Below, one piece after another: positions 33,760-45,012 of a stretch of DNA of 64,000 nt; within the stretch, counting starts at the first letter, position 1; each line of letters starts with the position of its first letter. Origin of the DNA: Deltaproteobacteria bacterium (GTDB lineage: Bacteria; Myxococcota; JACPTQ01); contig JACPTQ010000043.1 of the NCBI GenBank assembly GCA_016192705.1, forward strand, positions 65,437 to 129,436, given 5' to 3'. The position numbers and the translations under genes were made by a program. Under the pieces are notes generated by a model. That model ran no database searches, was not told the origin of the DNA, and worked only from the letters and a program-made list of their open reading frames with translations.

Positions 33760-35169
33760 ATGCCACGCTGGAATCGAATCGAGAAAAAGTTGCGGCGCGG
33801 GATCGACCTTGCGCGAATCGAGGCGGCGCGCGCGCTGGGCGTTTGGGGAGGCGAACGCGCCATACCACTTCTGTTGGACGCCACGCGGGACGTCGACGAG
33901 CGCGTGCGGGTCGAAGCGCTTCGCTCGCTCGCTCGGTTGAAGGTCGATCAAGCGCGTGAGGCTTTCCTGGATGCGCTTGTCGGCGGCCGGACCTCGGAGC
34001 AACGCGCTGGCATCGACGGACTTGCGGCCATTCGGGCGAAAGACACTGAGACGGTGGTCGCTGGTTTCCTCGACAGCAGCGACGATGAGCTTGTCGCAGC
34101 CGCCATTCGCGGGCTCGGACGCGTCACGGAGGTTCGGCTGCCCGTGTCGGTTGTCCACCTCGCGGACGATCCGCGTGACGAAATCCGCGCTGCCGTTCAG
34201 TGCGCCTTGTTCGAATGCCCCGATCGCGATGCCATTCCGGCCGTTCGGGCGGCACTCACGGATCGAAGCGAACTCGTTCGCTCCGAGGCGATCTGGGCGG
34301 CACTCGCCGTGGCCCGACGCGAGCCGACGCTTCTCGTGCCGCGGCTTCTCGACCCCTCAGCGCAAATCGCCTCACAGGCCCTCGACGCTCTCGCTGTATT
34401 GTGCGGCCACCTTCCGCTCGAAGGGTATGGTCCCATCGCTCGCGCTTGGATTCCCGCGCGCGATCGCGAGGCCCTTGCGTCGCGGGTCCTCGAAGTCCTA
34501 CCCGAAGTCGAAGACCGTTTTGACGCCGCGTGGTTTGATGTCGTTCGCTTCCGTGCGGCCGAGGGAGATCGCGCGGTGATCGAAGACTTGAAGTGGGCCG
34601 TTGTTAACGAGAAAGATTGTCGCGCCGTCGCCGTCGAGGAGTTGGCCAAGCTGGATTTCGACGCCGCGTTGCCGCGATTTCGCGAAATCGCTGGCGGCCT
34701 TTTTGAGCGCGCAGCCGTTCGGATCGCCGCAAACGCCGCTCTGACGCGGTTCGGCGATAGAGCGGGCGCCACGGATTTCATGCGCTCGCTCGCGTCTCGG
34801 CGCGAAGAGATTCGTGGGTTCGCGTGTGAATGCGCACCGTGGACGAAAAGCGAAGCCGTTACCCTTGCCTTGCGCGCACAAAAACCGAACCCCGATTCGC
34901 TTGTGGCGCTCGGGAAAATCGGCGATCGCGCGAGCCTCCAGATCCTTGAAGAGACAGCGGTCAACGTCATGGGCGACCGCGATTTTCGCGTCGACGCCAT
35001 TTGGTCTCTCGCAAACGTCGCTGGAAGCCTGTCGTCACCGGCGCTTGAACGGCTCGCAACCGCGGACGCCGATTCCGTTGTGCGCGAGGCGGCGGCGCGC
35101 GCGCTGGTGCTCATGGGTGTCGAGACGGTCGCGCAGTCAACGACTGAGCGATCGCACGCAACCCCATAG
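33760..35169 (+). CDS. HEAT-repeat protein
   Basis: Repeated units of the form A.ALG.....AIP.L...L.D.D..VR..A. Confidence 0.75.
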   Translation: MPRWNRIEKKLRRGIDLARIEAARALGVWGGERAIPLLLDATRDVDERVRVEALRSLARLKVDQAREAFLDALVGGRTSEQRAGIDGLAAIRAKDTETVVAGFLDSSDDELVAAAIRGLGRVTEVRLPVSVVHLADDPRDEIRAAVQCALFECPDRDAIPAVRAALTDRSELVRSEAIWAALAVARREPTLLVPRLLDPSAQIASQALDALAVLCGHLPLEGYGPIARAWIPARDREALASRVLEVLPEVEDRFDAAWFDVVRFRAAEGDRAVIEDLKWAVVNEKDCRAVAVEELAKLDFDAALPRFREIAGGLFERAAVRIAANAALTRFGDRAGATDFMRSLASRREEIRGFACECAPWTKSEAVTLALRAQKPNPDSLVALGKIGDRASLQILEETAVNVMGDRDFRVDAIWSLANVAGSLSSPALERLATADADSVVREAAARALVLMGVETVAQSTTERSHATP

Positions 35170-35178
35170 GAAATCGCG

Positions 35179-36591
35179 ATGACGCCGGCGAAGCCGCTCG
35201 TTGAAACGCTGATCGATTCGCATTGCCACGTCTCTGGGCCCGAGTTCGATTCCGACCGCGACGAGGTTTTTACACGTGCGCGCGCGGCGGGCGTCGGGGC
35301 GTTCGTCGTTATCGGCGCAAGCGATGGGCTCGAAGCCAATGAGGCCGCCCTCAAGCTCGCGACCACGCGGGACGATTGCGTCGCGACGGTCGGGCTTCAC
35401 CCGCACGACGCGCATCTTTGCGACGAACAAGCGCGCGCAACGATTCGCGAAATGGCAGCACACCCCAAGGTTGTCGCTGTTGGTGAAACAGGACTCGACT
35501 ACCACTACAAACACTCAACGCCTGACGAGCAGCGTGCGGCGTTTCGAGAATTCGTTAGGCTGGCCCGTGACGTTCGCAAACCGCTGGTCATCCACGAGCG
35601 CGACGCGCACGACGATTGCCTGACGGTTTTGCGCGAAGAGCGCGCCGAGACCGTTGGTGGCGTTATTCATTGCTTTACGGGCGACGCGCCGTTTGCGCAG
35701 GGGTGCCTCGATCTCGGCTTCTACATCTCGGTGTCCGGCATCGTGACCTTCAAAAACGCTGTTGCGCTTCGCGACGTCATTCGCGGTATTCCGATCGAGC
35801 GCCTCCTCATCGAAACCGACGCGCCATACCTCGCCCCCGTTCCGCATCGCGGCAAGCGCAACGAGCCAGCCTTTGTCGTCGATACCGCCCAAACACTCGC
35901 GATGCTCTTCGGCGTCTCCGTCAACGACATCGCACGCATCACGTCCGTTAATGCGCGTCGCCTCTTCCGCCTCCCGGGCGCCGTCCCCGATCCGAAAATC
36001 GCTTACGTCATTCGCGACGCGCTTTACCTCAACATCACGAACCGCTGCACCCTCGCCTGCACCTTCTGCCCGAAGTTCGACGACTTCATGGTGAAGGGCC
36101 ACTATTTAAAACTCACGGCGGAACCTTCCATCCCGGAAGTGATATCGGCGATCGGCGACCCAACGGCCTACAGCGAAGTCGTTTTCTGCGGCTATGGCGA
36201 ACCGACGCTCCGCCTCGACGCGCTCCTCGAAATCGCGCGCGGGCTCCGGGCACGTGGTGCGCGTGTTCGTCTTAACACCGACGGCCTCGCCAATCTCGTC
36301 CACGGCCGCGACGTCATCCCCGAGCTCGCGACGTGCATTGACTCGGTGAGCGTGAGCCTCAACGCGCACAATGCCGCGATCTACGCAAAGTATTGCCCAT
36401 CAGGCCCACGCACGCGCGATGACGCTTACGATGCGGTGAAGGCGTTCCTACGCGCCACCAGAGGCCGCATCGCCGACGTGCAGGCAACCGCCGTCACGAT
36501 GCCCGACGTCGACATCGAAGCGTGCCGCCGAATCGCGGAGGACGAACTCGGCGTCCGGTTCCGCGCGCGCCCGCTCAACGCCGTTGGATGA
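35179..36591 (+). CDS. TatD-family metal-dependent hydrolase fused to a TatD-associated radical SAM domain
   Basis: N-terminal part: DSHCHV, ETGLDYHY, IHCF and ETDAPYL. C-terminal part: CTLACTFC (CX3CX2C, about 36046-36069) plus FCGYGEP. Confidence 0.85.
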   Translation: MTPAKPLVETLIDSHCHVSGPEFDSDRDEVFTRARAAGVGAFVVIGASDGLEANEAALKLATTRDDCVATVGLHPHDAHLCDEQARATIREMAAHPKVVAVGETGLDYHYKHSTPDEQRAAFREFVRLARDVRKPLVIHERDAHDDCLTVLREERAETVGGVIHCFTGDAPFAQGCLDLGFYISVSGIVTFKNAVALRDVIRGIPIERLLIETDAPYLAPVPHRGKRNEPAFVVDTAQTLAMLFGVSVNDIARITSVNARRLFRLPGAVPDPKIAYVIRDALYLNITNRCTLACTFCPKFDDFMVKGHYLKLTAEPSIPEVISAIGDPTAYSEVVFCGYGEPTLRLDALLEIARGLRARGARVRLNTDGLANLVHGRDVIPELATCIDSVSVSLNAHNAAIYAKYCPSGPRTRDDAYDAVKAFLRATRGRIADVQATAVTMPDVDIEACRRIAEDELGVRFRARPLNAVG

Positions 36592-36595
36592 TGCG

Positions 36596-36952
36596 TTACC
36601 GAATTGCGCCGCCCGCAAAGACGCGCCCGGGTGGCAGGTCGACCCAGTGAACCCAGATGTCTTCGATGGGAAGTGAAAACGCCCCGGCTACCGCGTGTGC
36701 GACGGCCTCAAGCCCGCGCTGAACCGCGTCGTCCGAACGCACACGCGCGCGAATAACGACGACCGGACAGTGCCCTTTCCAACCGCGACAATCGGCCCCG
36801 ACTTTTGCTGAGTCGACTTCTTCGAAGTAAACCCAAACGTCATCCGGTGGACACGACAAGGCCTTTCCGAGCGCGGACGGGACGTCGCGAAGGATTTTCT
36901 CGATCCCCTTACCCCAGGGCGGATGAATCGCGTGAACGTGGACGATCGGCAT
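36596..36952 (-). CDS. Tautomerase-superfamily-like protein (tandem beta-alpha-beta units, Pro1)
   Basis: It starts MPIVHVH. It shows two repeats of a strand-helix-strand pattern. The call rests on fold pattern only. Confidence 0.45.
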   Translation of the reverse strand: MPIVHVHAIHPPWGKGIEKILRDVPSALGKALSCPPDDVWVYFEEVDSAKVGADCRGWKGHCPVVVIRARVRSDDAVQRGLEAVAHAVAGAFSLPIEDIWVHWVDLPPGRVFAGGAIR

Positions 36953-36970
36953 GGCCTGCTCCGCCCCGCA

Positions 36971-38221
36971 TCAGTCGGCCTTGCGCCGCAAGAACGCCGG
37001 AATGTCGAATTCATCCTCCTCGAACGACGACAACCCGACGATCTCACGCTGCGCCCGTAGCTGCTCGCGCGATAGACCAGGACCCATCGCCAGCTCACTC
37101 CGACCAGACGCCACGTCGCGACGCGGCTCAATCCGCGGCTCTCCACGACTCTCACCCCGCGCATCGGCGCGCGGATCGATCCGGGCCGGCATCGCGAGTT
37201 GCTCTTCACGATCGCGCGCGCTCGACATCCCGCGTCCACCCATCGGCGCGACCTTGCGCTCTTCAGAGCGCTCAAACCCAGTCGCTATGACGGTGATTTT
37301 CACCTCGTCCTTCATGTTCGGGTCGATCACCGCTCCAAAAATAACGTGCGCATCTTCGCTCGCGGCCTCCTCAATAAGCGTCGCCGCCTCGCTGACTTCG
37401 TGAAGCCCAAGGGTCGACGGCCCCGTGATGTTGATGAGAATTCCCGTCGCGCCGTCGATTGAAATGTCCTCGAGCAGCGGCGACGAAATCGCGTTCTGAG
37501 CGGCCTCAAGCGCGCGCCGATCGCCTGTCGCGACGCCCGTGCCCATAAGCGCCATTCCCATGCCGCACATGGTTGTCCGCACATCCGCAAAATCGACGTT
37601 CACAAGCCCCGACACCGTGATGATGTCGCTGATCCCGCGCACCGCATTTAGAAGCACGCTGTCCGCCTGCCGAAACGCCTCGAGGATCGGGGTGTTCTCG
37701 GGGCACAGGTTCAAAAGCCGCTGATTCGGAATCACGATGAGCGTGTCGACGCACCGCTTGAGCTCCGCGAGCCCCTCCTCCGCTTGCCGCCGTCGCTTCT
37801 TCCCCTCAAAGAAAAACGGCTTCGTCACGACGCCGACCGAGAGCGCCCCCAAGTCGCGCGCAACCTCCGCAATGACCGGCGCCGCGCCCGTCCCCGTGCC
37901 GCCGCCCATGCCGGCCGTCACGAACACCATATCGGCGCCCTGCAACGTCTCGGCAATCCGCGTCCTGTCTTCGTTTGCCGCGTTCCGCCCGACCTCGGGA
38001 ATTCCACCCGCACCGAGCCCCTTCGTCAGGTTTGGCCCCAGCTGAATCTTCGTCGCCGCAAGATTCGCGTCAAGCGCCTGGTGATCCGTGTTCGCCACGA
38101 AAAACTCGACGCCCTCAAGTCCCTCCCGGATCATCGTGTTGATGGCGTTTCCGCCACCCCCTCCGACGCCGACCACTTTGATGCGTGCCTGCAACTCCTT
38201 CGGTTCGTCCAATTCGATCAT
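36971..38221 (-). CDS. ftsZ: Cell division GTPase FtsZ
   Basis: [11 protein letters not shown] and [12 protein letters not shown], with the C-terminal DIPAFLRR. Start trimmed to ATG 38221, which follows GGAGGG. Confidence 0.97.
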   Translation of the reverse strand: MIELDEPKELQARIKVVGVGGGGGNAINTMIREGLEGVEFFVANTDHQALDANLAATKIQLGPNLTKGLGAGGIPEVGRNAANEDRTRIAETLQGADMVFVTAGMGGGTGTGAAPVIAEVARDLGALSVGVVTKPFFFEGKKRRRQAEEGLAELKRCVDTLIVIPNQRLLNLCPENTPILEAFRQADSVLLNAVRGISDIITVSGLVNVDFADVRTTMCGMGMALMGTGVATGDRRALEAAQNAISSPLLEDISIDGATGILINITGPSTLGLHEVSEAATLIEEAASEDAHVIFGAVIDPNMKDEVKITVIATGFERSEERKVAPMGGRGMSSARDREEQLAMPARIDPRADARGESRGEPRIEPRRDVASGRSELAMGPGLSREQLRAQREIVGLSSFEEDEFDIPAFLRRKAD

Positions 38222-38256
38222 GTCACCCTCCGTGTGTCCCTTCGTCCCGTTCGCCC

Positions 38257-39510
38257 CTAAAAAATCTCGCTCAACCAATCGCGCATGCGCTTTTTCACTT
38301 TTCGATAAATGTTGTTTTCACGAATGCGGAAGTAGTTGAGGTCGCGGTGCTTCGCGCCGTACTGCACGAGCCCGACCCCGGTCGCGTACATCGGACTTCG
38401 CACCACATCGACGAGACCGCCGATCCCTTGCGGCAGCCCGCGCCGCGTCGGATGCCCCGTGATGTCCTCGCAGAGTTCCGGCATTCCGGGCATGATCGCC
38501 GACCCGCCCGTGATAACGACGCCGCTCCCGAGTAAATCCTCGCAACCCGTCTTTGCGATTTCGCGCTGCACGAGCGCGAAAATCTCCTCGACGCGCGGCT
38601 CAATGATTTCGCAAAGGATTTGGCGCGACAGCGTCCGCGCCTTTCGCCCGCCCACACTCGGGACGTCGATCGTCTCGTCTTTGTTGACGAGCGCCGTCAT
38701 CGCACACCCGTATTTCTGCTTGATGATTTCCGCCTCGTGGTTCGGCGTTCGAAGCCCCATCGCAACGTCCTGCGTGATGTGATTTCCACCGAGCGTCAAA
38801 ACCGACGTGTGGACGATCGATCCCTTCACGAAAATTGCGATGTCGGTCGTGCCACCGCCCACGTCGACGAGCGCAACGCCGAGCTCCTTCTCGTCGTCGG
38901 ACAGCACCGCCTCGCTCGACGCGAGCTGTTGAAGCGCGATGTCCGATACGTTCAAGCCCGCACGATTCGCGCACTTAATGATGTTCTGGGCGCTCGTGAC
39001 GGCCGCGGTAACGATGTGCACCTTCGACTCAAGCCGAATGCCGCTCATCCCCATCGGCTCGCGAATCCCATCCTGGTCGTCGACTTTGTAGTCCTGCGGA
39101 AGGATGTGAATCACCTCGCGATCGAGCGGAATCGACACCGCCTTCGCCGCGTCGATGACGCGTTTGATGTCGCCTTCGCGCACCTCCTTGTCCTTCACCG
39201 CGACGACTCCACACGAGTTGAATCCCTTGATGTGACCGCCCGCGATCCCCGTGTAGACCGACGTGATTTCACAGCCCGCCATGAGCTCGGCCTCCTCGAT
39301 CGCCTGCTTGATCGATTCGACCGTGCTCTCGATGTTGATGACGACGCCCTTTTTCAGCCCGCGCGACGGGTGACTGCCGATACCGATGATGTCGATCTTC
39401 GGCTCGCCGCCCGCATCGAACCCGTCCAGCGTCACTTCCCCGACAATGGCGCAGATTTTCGTTGTGCCAATGTCGAGCCCCACGATGACTTCGCCTTTAC
39501 GGCTCATCAT
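38257..39510 (-). CDS. ftsA: Cell division protein FtsA
   Basis: [16 protein letters not shown] and [10 protein letters not shown] (actin-fold phosphate loops). Start trimmed to ATG 39510, which follows GAGGAGGG. Confidence 0.95.
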   Translation of the reverse strand: MMSRKGEVIVGLDIGTTKICAIVGEVTLDGFDAGGEPKIDIIGIGSHPSRGLKKGVVINIESTVESIKQAIEEAELMAGCEITSVYTGIAGGHIKGFNSCGVVAVKDKEVREGDIKRVIDAAKAVSIPLDREVIHILPQDYKVDDQDGIREPMGMSGIRLESKVHIVTAAVTSAQNIIKCANRAGLNVSDIALQQLASSEAVLSDDEKELGVALVDVGGGTTDIAIFVKGSIVHTSVLTLGGNHITQDVAMGLRTPNHEAEIIKQKYGCAMTALVNKDETIDVPSVGGRKARTLSRQILCEIIEPRVEEIFALVQREIAKTGCEDLLGSGVVITGGSAIMPGMPELCEDITGHPTRRGLPQGIGGLVDVVRSPMYATGVGLVQYGAKHRDLNYFRIRENNIYRKVKKRMRDWLSEIF

Positions 39511-39628
39511 GCCCTCCTCGGAGAGGGGTTTTGGCCTTTCGGCCACCCACAAGGAGCGCGTGTCTCCGCGCGCCCCACTCCCCTTTTTGGCGTCGCTTCC
39601 GCGACACCGGCCTAAAGCCGCGCTTGGA

Positions 39629-40426
39629 CTACCCGCCCGCGGCAAAACGAGCCGTCACCCGGTCCGGGTGGCGCTCGTTATCGAGAATGACAAGCTCGAG
39701 GCGGCGCCTCTCGGCAGCCGCTTGTTCGAGCAACAACTTTAGTCGAGTCAACTTTTCGCCCCAGCGTCCGCGCCCGATACGCGTCTCGACCAAGCTCCGT
39801 GCGGAATCCGCTTGCGGGTGCAAAAGTCGAGGCCCAAGCACGGGATGAAGGAGGACTTTGAATTTGCCAGTCCAGTGCGGAAAAAGGCGCGCCACGTCAC
39901 GGGCCAGCAAAAGCCCTTCGCGGACGAGGCGCTTTTCCGGCTCGCGATCGAGCTCCGCGGAATCACGACGCGGCAGTGTGAGGCGTGCGACGGGGCCGAG
40001 CGCTTCAAGCGCTCGGGGCGTGGCTTTGATGAATGCGGTCCCTTCATCATCAACGAGGAATGAATCGCCGGCTTCAAGAAGCGCGACCGCAACCCGCTCG
40101 CGAATCGTGACGTCGACGCGCGTTGGGAGGACGCGACGAACGCGCGCGCTGCGAATCCACGGGTGGCCAAGCAAGTCCTTTGTGATGGTCGCGGGATCGA
40201 TGGTGAAAATTCCGACGCGCTCTGTAAGGCCCGCCGCATCGAGAATCTCCTCGTCCGAGAGACGGCTCGCCCCGGTCACATTGACGTCGGCCACAAAGAT
40301 TTTTCCGGTCTTGGCGAGGACGACGACCCACGCGCCGCCGCAGAGCGCCGCGAGCGCGAGCGTGACGAGGAGTCCCCGCACCAACCATCGACGCACGCTT
40401 CGCCGCCGTTTTCGAAGCGCCATCAT
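39629..40426 (-). CDS. ftsQ: Cell division protein FtsQ (POTRA domain)
   Basis: Basic N-terminus, a single TM segment, then POTRA (VNVTGASRLSDEEILDAAGL). Positioned between murB and ftsA. Confidence 0.8.
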   Translation of the reverse strand: MMALRKRRRSVRRWLVRGLLVTLALAALCGGAWVVVLAKTGKIFVADVNVTGASRLSDEEILDAAGLTERVGIFTIDPATITKDLLGHPWIRSARVRRVLPTRVDVTIRERVAVALLEAGDSFLVDDEGTAFIKATPRALEALGPVARLTLPRRDSAELDREPEKRLVREGLLLARDVARLFPHWTGKFKVLLHPVLGPRLLHPQADSARSLVETRIGRGRWGEKLTRLKLLLEQAAAERRRLELVILDNERHPDRVTARFAAGG

Positions 40427-41328
40427 TCGTCCTCTCCAATCACGTGAACTTCAGGCTCAAGGTTGACGCCAAACTGCGCTTTCACGCGGTCACGAACGAG
40501 GTCAACAAGGGCGAGCACATCGCGCGCGCTGCCACCGCCCTTATTGACAAAAAAGTTCGCGTGCTTGGTGGACACCAGAATCGCGCCCCGGCTCGTCCCC
40601 TTGAGCCCCGCCGCGTCGATGAGGCGTCCCGCACGATCGCCGGGCGGATTCTTGAACATCGAACCGGAATTCGGCGCATCGGTCGGCTGCGTTGCGCGGC
40701 GCCGCGCTCGCCGCGAATCGATGTCCGAGCGAATCGCCGCGGGCTCTCGTGGCCAACCCCGCAGCGTCGCTTCAACAACCACCGAACTCGGCGGGAGCCC
40801 CACGCGCCGATACCCGAATCCAATCGCCCATGCCTCGACGGTGCGCGCCCCAAACGCGTCGGCAACCACGATCGACTCAACAACGTCTCGCATCTCGCAA
40901 CCTGGAATCCCCGCGTTCATCGCAATGAGGCCGCCCACTTCGGCCGGGATCTCCGTTAGGAAGTCGAATCCGCCAATCCCCGCGCGCTCAACCTCCGCGA
41001 GAAGCTGCGACACCCGGACCGCAGCGCCCGCAACGACATGCGGCCCGTCGACGCGAAGGCCCGCAAATCCTCGCCCCAAGCGGATTACAAGGCCTCGCAA
41101 ACCGCCGTCGCGAACGATGAGATTCGACCCGCGCCCAAGCACAATCCACGGCAGCGCTTCAGTCGCGCATCGCGAAAGCAAGAGTGGCAGATCCGCGGGA
41201 TCGTCGATTTCGAAAAAAAGATCCGCGGGGCCACCGACGTGCATCGACGTGTACCGCGCGAGCGGCTCATCGCGGCGAAGCGTCCCAACAACACCGTCAA
41301 AAAACGAGTCGGTGACGACGCGCTTCAC
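40423..41328 (-). CDS. murB: UDP-N-acetylenolpyruvoylglucosamine reductase
   Basis: FAD-binding GRGSNLIV, and the C-terminal GSMFKNP and AGLKG motifs. Confidence 0.93.
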   Translation of the reverse strand: MKRVVTDSFFDGVVGTLRRDEPLARYTSMHVGGPADLFFEIDDPADLPLLLSRCATEALPWIVLGRGSNLIVRDGGLRGLVIRLGRGFAGLRVDGPHVVAGAAVRVSQLLAEVERAGIGGFDFLTEIPAEVGGLIAMNAGIPGCEMRDVVESIVVADAFGARTVEAWAIGFGYRRVGLPPSSVVVEATLRGWPREPAAIRSDIDSRRARRRATQPTDAPNSGSMFKNPPGDRAGRLIDAAGLKGTSRGAILVSTKHANFFVNKGGGSARDVLALVDLVRDRVKAQFGVNLEPEVHVIGEDE

Positions 41329-42716
41329 GCGGGGCTCCTTTCCGTTAGGAGTGCGAGAAGATCGCGGCCAACCGTCCAGACGTCGCCCGCACCCTGCGTG
41401 ATGACCATGTCGCCCGCCTGAACCAACCCGAGGAGGTGCGGCGCGATTTCGCCGGTTGAGCCGATGTACGCGGCGCTCTTGTGTCCGTGGCGCTTGATCC
41501 CGTCGAAGAGGTCCGCGGCCGTCACGCCTTCAATCGGCTCTTCACCCGCGGCGTAAACGTCGGTGACGACGAGATGATCCGCGTCGTTAAACGACCGTAC
41601 GAAATCATCGCGCAAGTCTCGCGTTCGCGTGTAGCGATGCGGCTGAAACACCACGACGAGCTTCCGCGCTGGGAATCCGCGTCGCGCCGCCGCAAGCGTT
41701 GCACGAATCTCAGCCGGGTGATGACCGTAGTCGTCGATGACGGCGACGCCGCCCACTTCGCCGCGAAGCGAGAAGCGCCGGTCGACGCCACCAAACCCCG
41801 AGAGAGCCACGCGAATCGCGTCAAACGAAATTCCAAGCTCCAACCCGACGGCAACCGCGGCGAGCGCGTTTGAAACATTGTGCTCGCCTGGCATCGCAAG
41901 TCGGATGCGGCCGAGCGCGCCCCCCTTAAAAACAACTTCGAACTCCGTTTCGAATCCTTCGAGCGCAATGCTCCGCGCACAAAGATCGGCCTGCGTCGCG
42001 AGCCCGTACGTTGTGAAGCGCTTCGATACCGCCGGGAGAAGCGCTTGGACGTTTTCGTGATCGAGACACAGAACAGCAACACCGTAAAAAGGAATCTTAT
42101 TTACGAATTCGAGAAACGCGCGCTTCAACTGCTCGATGCCACCCGTGTAGTGGTCGAGGTGCTCGGGATCGATGTTCGTCACGACCGCAATGGTCGGCGC
42201 GAGTTTCAAAAACGACCCGTCGCTCTCGTCGGCTTCGGCGACGAGAAATTCACCTTGCCCGAGTTTCGCGTTTGACCCGAGCGAATCGAGGCGACCGCCG
42301 ATAACGACCGTCGGATCAAGACCGCCACCCGACAGCACCGTCGCAACCATCGACGTCGTCGTCGTTTTCCCGTGCGACCCGGCAATCGCAACGCCGTACT
42401 TCATGCGCATGAGCTCGGCGAGCATCTCGGCGCGCGGAATGACCGGGATGCCGCGCTCGCGCGCCACGACAACTTCGGCGTTGGTCGGCCTCACGGCGCT
42501 CGACACGACAACGACGTGCGGCTCCGCGAGGTTTTCGGCGCGATGTCCGTACCGAATCTCGGCGCCAAGTCCCTGCAACCGCCGCGTGAGTTCGCTTTCT
42601 TTGACGTCCGAGCCGCTCACGCGGTAGCCGAGGTTCAAGAGCACTTCGGCGATTCCACTCATGCCAATGCCGCCGATTCCGACAAAGTGAACGTGCTGGA
42701 CGCGACGCCGGTACAT
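41325..42716 (-). CDS. murC: UDP-N-acetylmuramate--L-alanine ligase
   Basis: [25 protein letters not shown] and DDYGHHP. Confidence 0.95.
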   Translation of the reverse strand: MYRRRVQHVHFVGIGGIGMSGIAEVLLNLGYRVSGSDVKESELTRRLQGLGAEIRYGHRAENLAEPHVVVVSSAVRPTNAEVVVARERGIPVIPRAEMLAELMRMKYGVAIAGSHGKTTTTSMVATVLSGGGLDPTVVIGGRLDSLGSNAKLGQGEFLVAEADESDGSFLKLAPTIAVVTNIDPEHLDHYTGGIEQLKRAFLEFVNKIPFYGVAVLCLDHENVQALLPAVSKRFTTYGLATQADLCARSIALEGFETEFEVVFKGGALGRIRLAMPGEHNVSNALAAVAVGLELGISFDAIRVALSGFGGVDRRFSLRGEVGGVAVIDDYGHHPAEIRATLAAARRGFPARKLVVVFQPHRYTRTRDLRDDFVRSFNDADHLVVTDVYAAGEEPIEGVTAADLFDGIKRHGHKSAAYIGSTGEIAPHLLGLVQAGDMVITQGAGDVWTVGRDLLALLTERSPA

Positions 42717-43819
42717 CAGGTTCTGTCCCCGTTCGCCGATGCCATCGCCACAAGCGCGTCCGCAACATCACGCGCCGCCGACGGTCGTCCCATCGCCCGC
42801 GACGCCCGCGCCATCGCTTCGCGCCGTGCGTCGTCGTCGATGAGGTCGCGCAAGACGGCGCCAAGGCGCTCAACGGTACACTCCGCCTGCGGAAGCACGA
42901 GAGCCGCGCCAGCCGCTGCGAGCACATTGGCGTTTTTCGTCTGATGATCGTTTGCCGCTGTCGGCAGCGGCACGAGAATCGCCGGACGCCCAATCGCGGC
43001 CACTTCGGCAAGCGTCGTCGCGCCGGCACGCGAGATGATGATATCCGCACAAACGTATGCGTTCGCCGTGTCGTCGATGAACGGAAAAACATCCGCGGAG
43101 ATTGCGCGCTCGCGGTAGGCCGCTTGAACGGAATCTCGTTCGCGCTCGCCCGATTGGTGTCGAACATCGACACGCGACTCGAGGCCTGTGAGCGCCTGTG
43201 GAACCACAAAGTTGAGCGCATGCGCGCCTTGGCTTCCTCCCAAAACGAGGATGCGAATGGCGCGCGACGTGCGGTCTGACGCGACATTCGAAAAACCCTC
43301 ACCTCGCTCGGCGACATCGACGATGCGCCGTCGCAGCGGATTGCCGGCGAGCACGAATTTTTTCGCCGGGAAGAACGGGCGGCTCGACTCGTACGACGCG
43401 AAGACGCTGTCGACGACGCGACCCAGGATTCGGTTTGTGAGTCCCGGAATCGAGTTCTGTTCGAGAATCGCCGCGGGAATTCCGACGGCCTTCGCGGTGA
43501 GCGTGAGCGGCCCCGATGCGTAGCCTCCGACGCCGAGAACAATATTTGGTTTGTGGTGGCGGAGAATTCTCCGCGACGCGAAATACGAGCTGGGAAGTCG
43601 CGCAATTCCCCGCACCGCTCCCCAAAGACCGACGCGCATGAGCCCCGACACATCAATCGTTTCAAAGGCGAAGCCGTTCGCCGGCACCACGGTGCTCTCG
43701 AGCCCGCGCGATGTTCCCGCGAACACGACGTCCACGCGGCGCGCACGCAGCTCTTCGGCAACCGCAACTCCCGGAAAGACATGGCCGCCTGTTCCGCCGC
43801 CGGCGATCAGCACCTTCAT
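42716..43819 (-). CDS. murG: Lipid II synthase MurG (undecaprenyl-PP-MurNAc-pentapeptide GlcNAc transferase)
   Basis: Start trimmed to ATG 43819 ([16 protein letters not shown]). C-terminal [10 protein letters not shown]. The 554-aa track ORF is an unsupported 5' extension. Confidence 0.93.
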   Translation of the reverse strand: MKVLIAGGGTGGHVFPGVAVAEELRARRVDVVFAGTSRGLESTVVPANGFAFETIDVSGLMRVGLWGAVRGIARLPSSYFASRRILRHHKPNIVLGVGGYASGPLTLTAKAVGIPAAILEQNSIPGLTNRILGRVVDSVFASYESSRPFFPAKKFVLAGNPLRRRIVDVAERGEGFSNVASDRTSRAIRILVLGGSQGAHALNFVVPQALTGLESRVDVRHQSGERERDSVQAAYRERAISADVFPFIDDTANAYVCADIIISRAGATTLAEVAAIGRPAILVPLPTAANDHQTKNANVLAAAGAALVLPQAECTVERLGAVLRDLIDDDARREAMARASRAMGRPSAARDVADALVAMASANGDRT

Positions 43820-45012
43820 GTCCCTCCCAGAGGGCCATGCGCCCCAACCGACGGATGAGTGAGAACGCCGACTGATTCGAACGAACGTGATTCGCGGCTT
43901 GGCGTCTCGCGCGCACCAACCGAAGGCATCGAGGACTCGCGCAGTTGATCCGCTCCGATCCGAAGGAGAACGCCGAGAGCACCGAGCGTCGCGACCATCG
44001 CTGAGCCGCCGTACGACACGAGGGGGAGCGGCAGTCCCTTCGTCGGTAGAAGGGCGAGTACAACGCCGCAGTTGATCGCGGCGCCGAGCCCGACCGCCGT
44101 GGAGAGACCGACCGCGAGCAGCATGCGGAACGGGTCTTGTTCGCGACGCGCGATGCGAAGGCCGCGCCACACGATGAGGGCAAAAAGGGCGACGGTGACG
44201 ACAACGCCGACGAGACCAAGCTCTTCGCCCACCATCGCCAAAATAAAATCGTTGTGCGCTTCTGGGACGAATCCAAGCTTCTGGTGTCCTGCGCCCACAC
44301 CGACTCCCCATAGGCCGCCCTTGCCGAACGAGACGAGGCTTTGGAAAACCTGGTAGGCATCGTCTTGACGGTGCTGCCACGGATCGAGGAAGGCTTTGAG
44401 GCGCGAGAAGCGATATGAGCTTTGCGTGATAAGCGCGTAAGCAACCGGGGCGGCGACGAGAAGCGAGAGGAAGAGGTAGTTGAGCTTGGTGCCGGCGACG
44501 AAGAGAAGGATCGCGAGGAGGAGAACAACGATGACCGCGTTTCCGAAGTCGGGCTGACGAAGGAGAAGGACAACGGCGATCGACGTGATGGCGACGGGTG
44601 GAAGGAATCCGACGAGGAATTGACGGATGCGCTCGCGTTTTTTTGCGAGAATGTGCGCGAGGTAGATGACGAGCATGAGCTTCGCGATTTCAGCGGGTTG
44701 AATTTGAAGTGGGCCAATGCGAAGCCAGCGGCGGGCGCCACCGGCCGACGCGCCGAGCGGGGTGAGCGCGGTGAGCGCGAGAAGTGCGATGACACCGATG
44801 AGCATGGGGATGACAAGGCGACGAAGGCGATCCGGGCCGATGCGGAAAAGAAGGGCGGCGAGCGCGAGTCCGACCGCGATCGACGTGACGTGGCTGCCGA
44901 GACGTTCCGCACCGAACGCGAGTCCCGTCGCGCTGTAGACCATCACGATGCCAAGGCCAACGAGCGACAACGCGGCGAGCACGAGGAGGCGATCGATGCG
45001 CGGCGTCGTCAT
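43816..45012 (-). CDS. ftsW: SEDS-family peptidoglycan polymerase FtsW
   Basis: Start trimmed to ATG 45012 (ATGA overlap with murD). About 10 TM segments, with QPAEIAKL and LPLVSYGGS. Confidence 0.9.
   Translation of the reverse strand: MTTPRIDRLLVLAALSLVGLGIVMVYSATGLAFGAERLGSHVTSIAVGLALAALLFRIGPDRLRRLVIPMLIGVIALLALTALTPLGASAGGARRWLRIGPLQIQPAEIAKLMLVIYLAHILAKKRERIRQFLVGFLPPVAITSIAVVLLLRQPDFGNAVIVVLLLAILLFVAGTKLNYLFLSLLVAAPVAYALITQSSYRFSRLKAFLDPWQHRQDDAYQVFQSLVSFGKGGLWGVGVGAGHQKLGFVPEAHNDFILAMVGEELGLVGVVVTVALFALIVWRGLRIARREQDPFRMLLAVGLSTAVGLGAAINCGVVLALLPTKGLPLPLVSYGGSAMVATLGALGVLLRIGADQLRESSMPSVGARETPSRESRSFESVGVLTHPSVGAHGPLGGT

Noticed and set aside
42716-44380. Long N-terminal extensions given by the ORF track for murG, ftsW, murD, murE, ftsI, rsmH, ftsA, ftsZ, aroB, the PSP1 gene and the esterase.
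   Set aside because: The extensions overlap the upstream gene and are Arg-rich. Internal starts restore canonical N-termini, RBS sequences, or ATGA/GTGA stop-start coupling.
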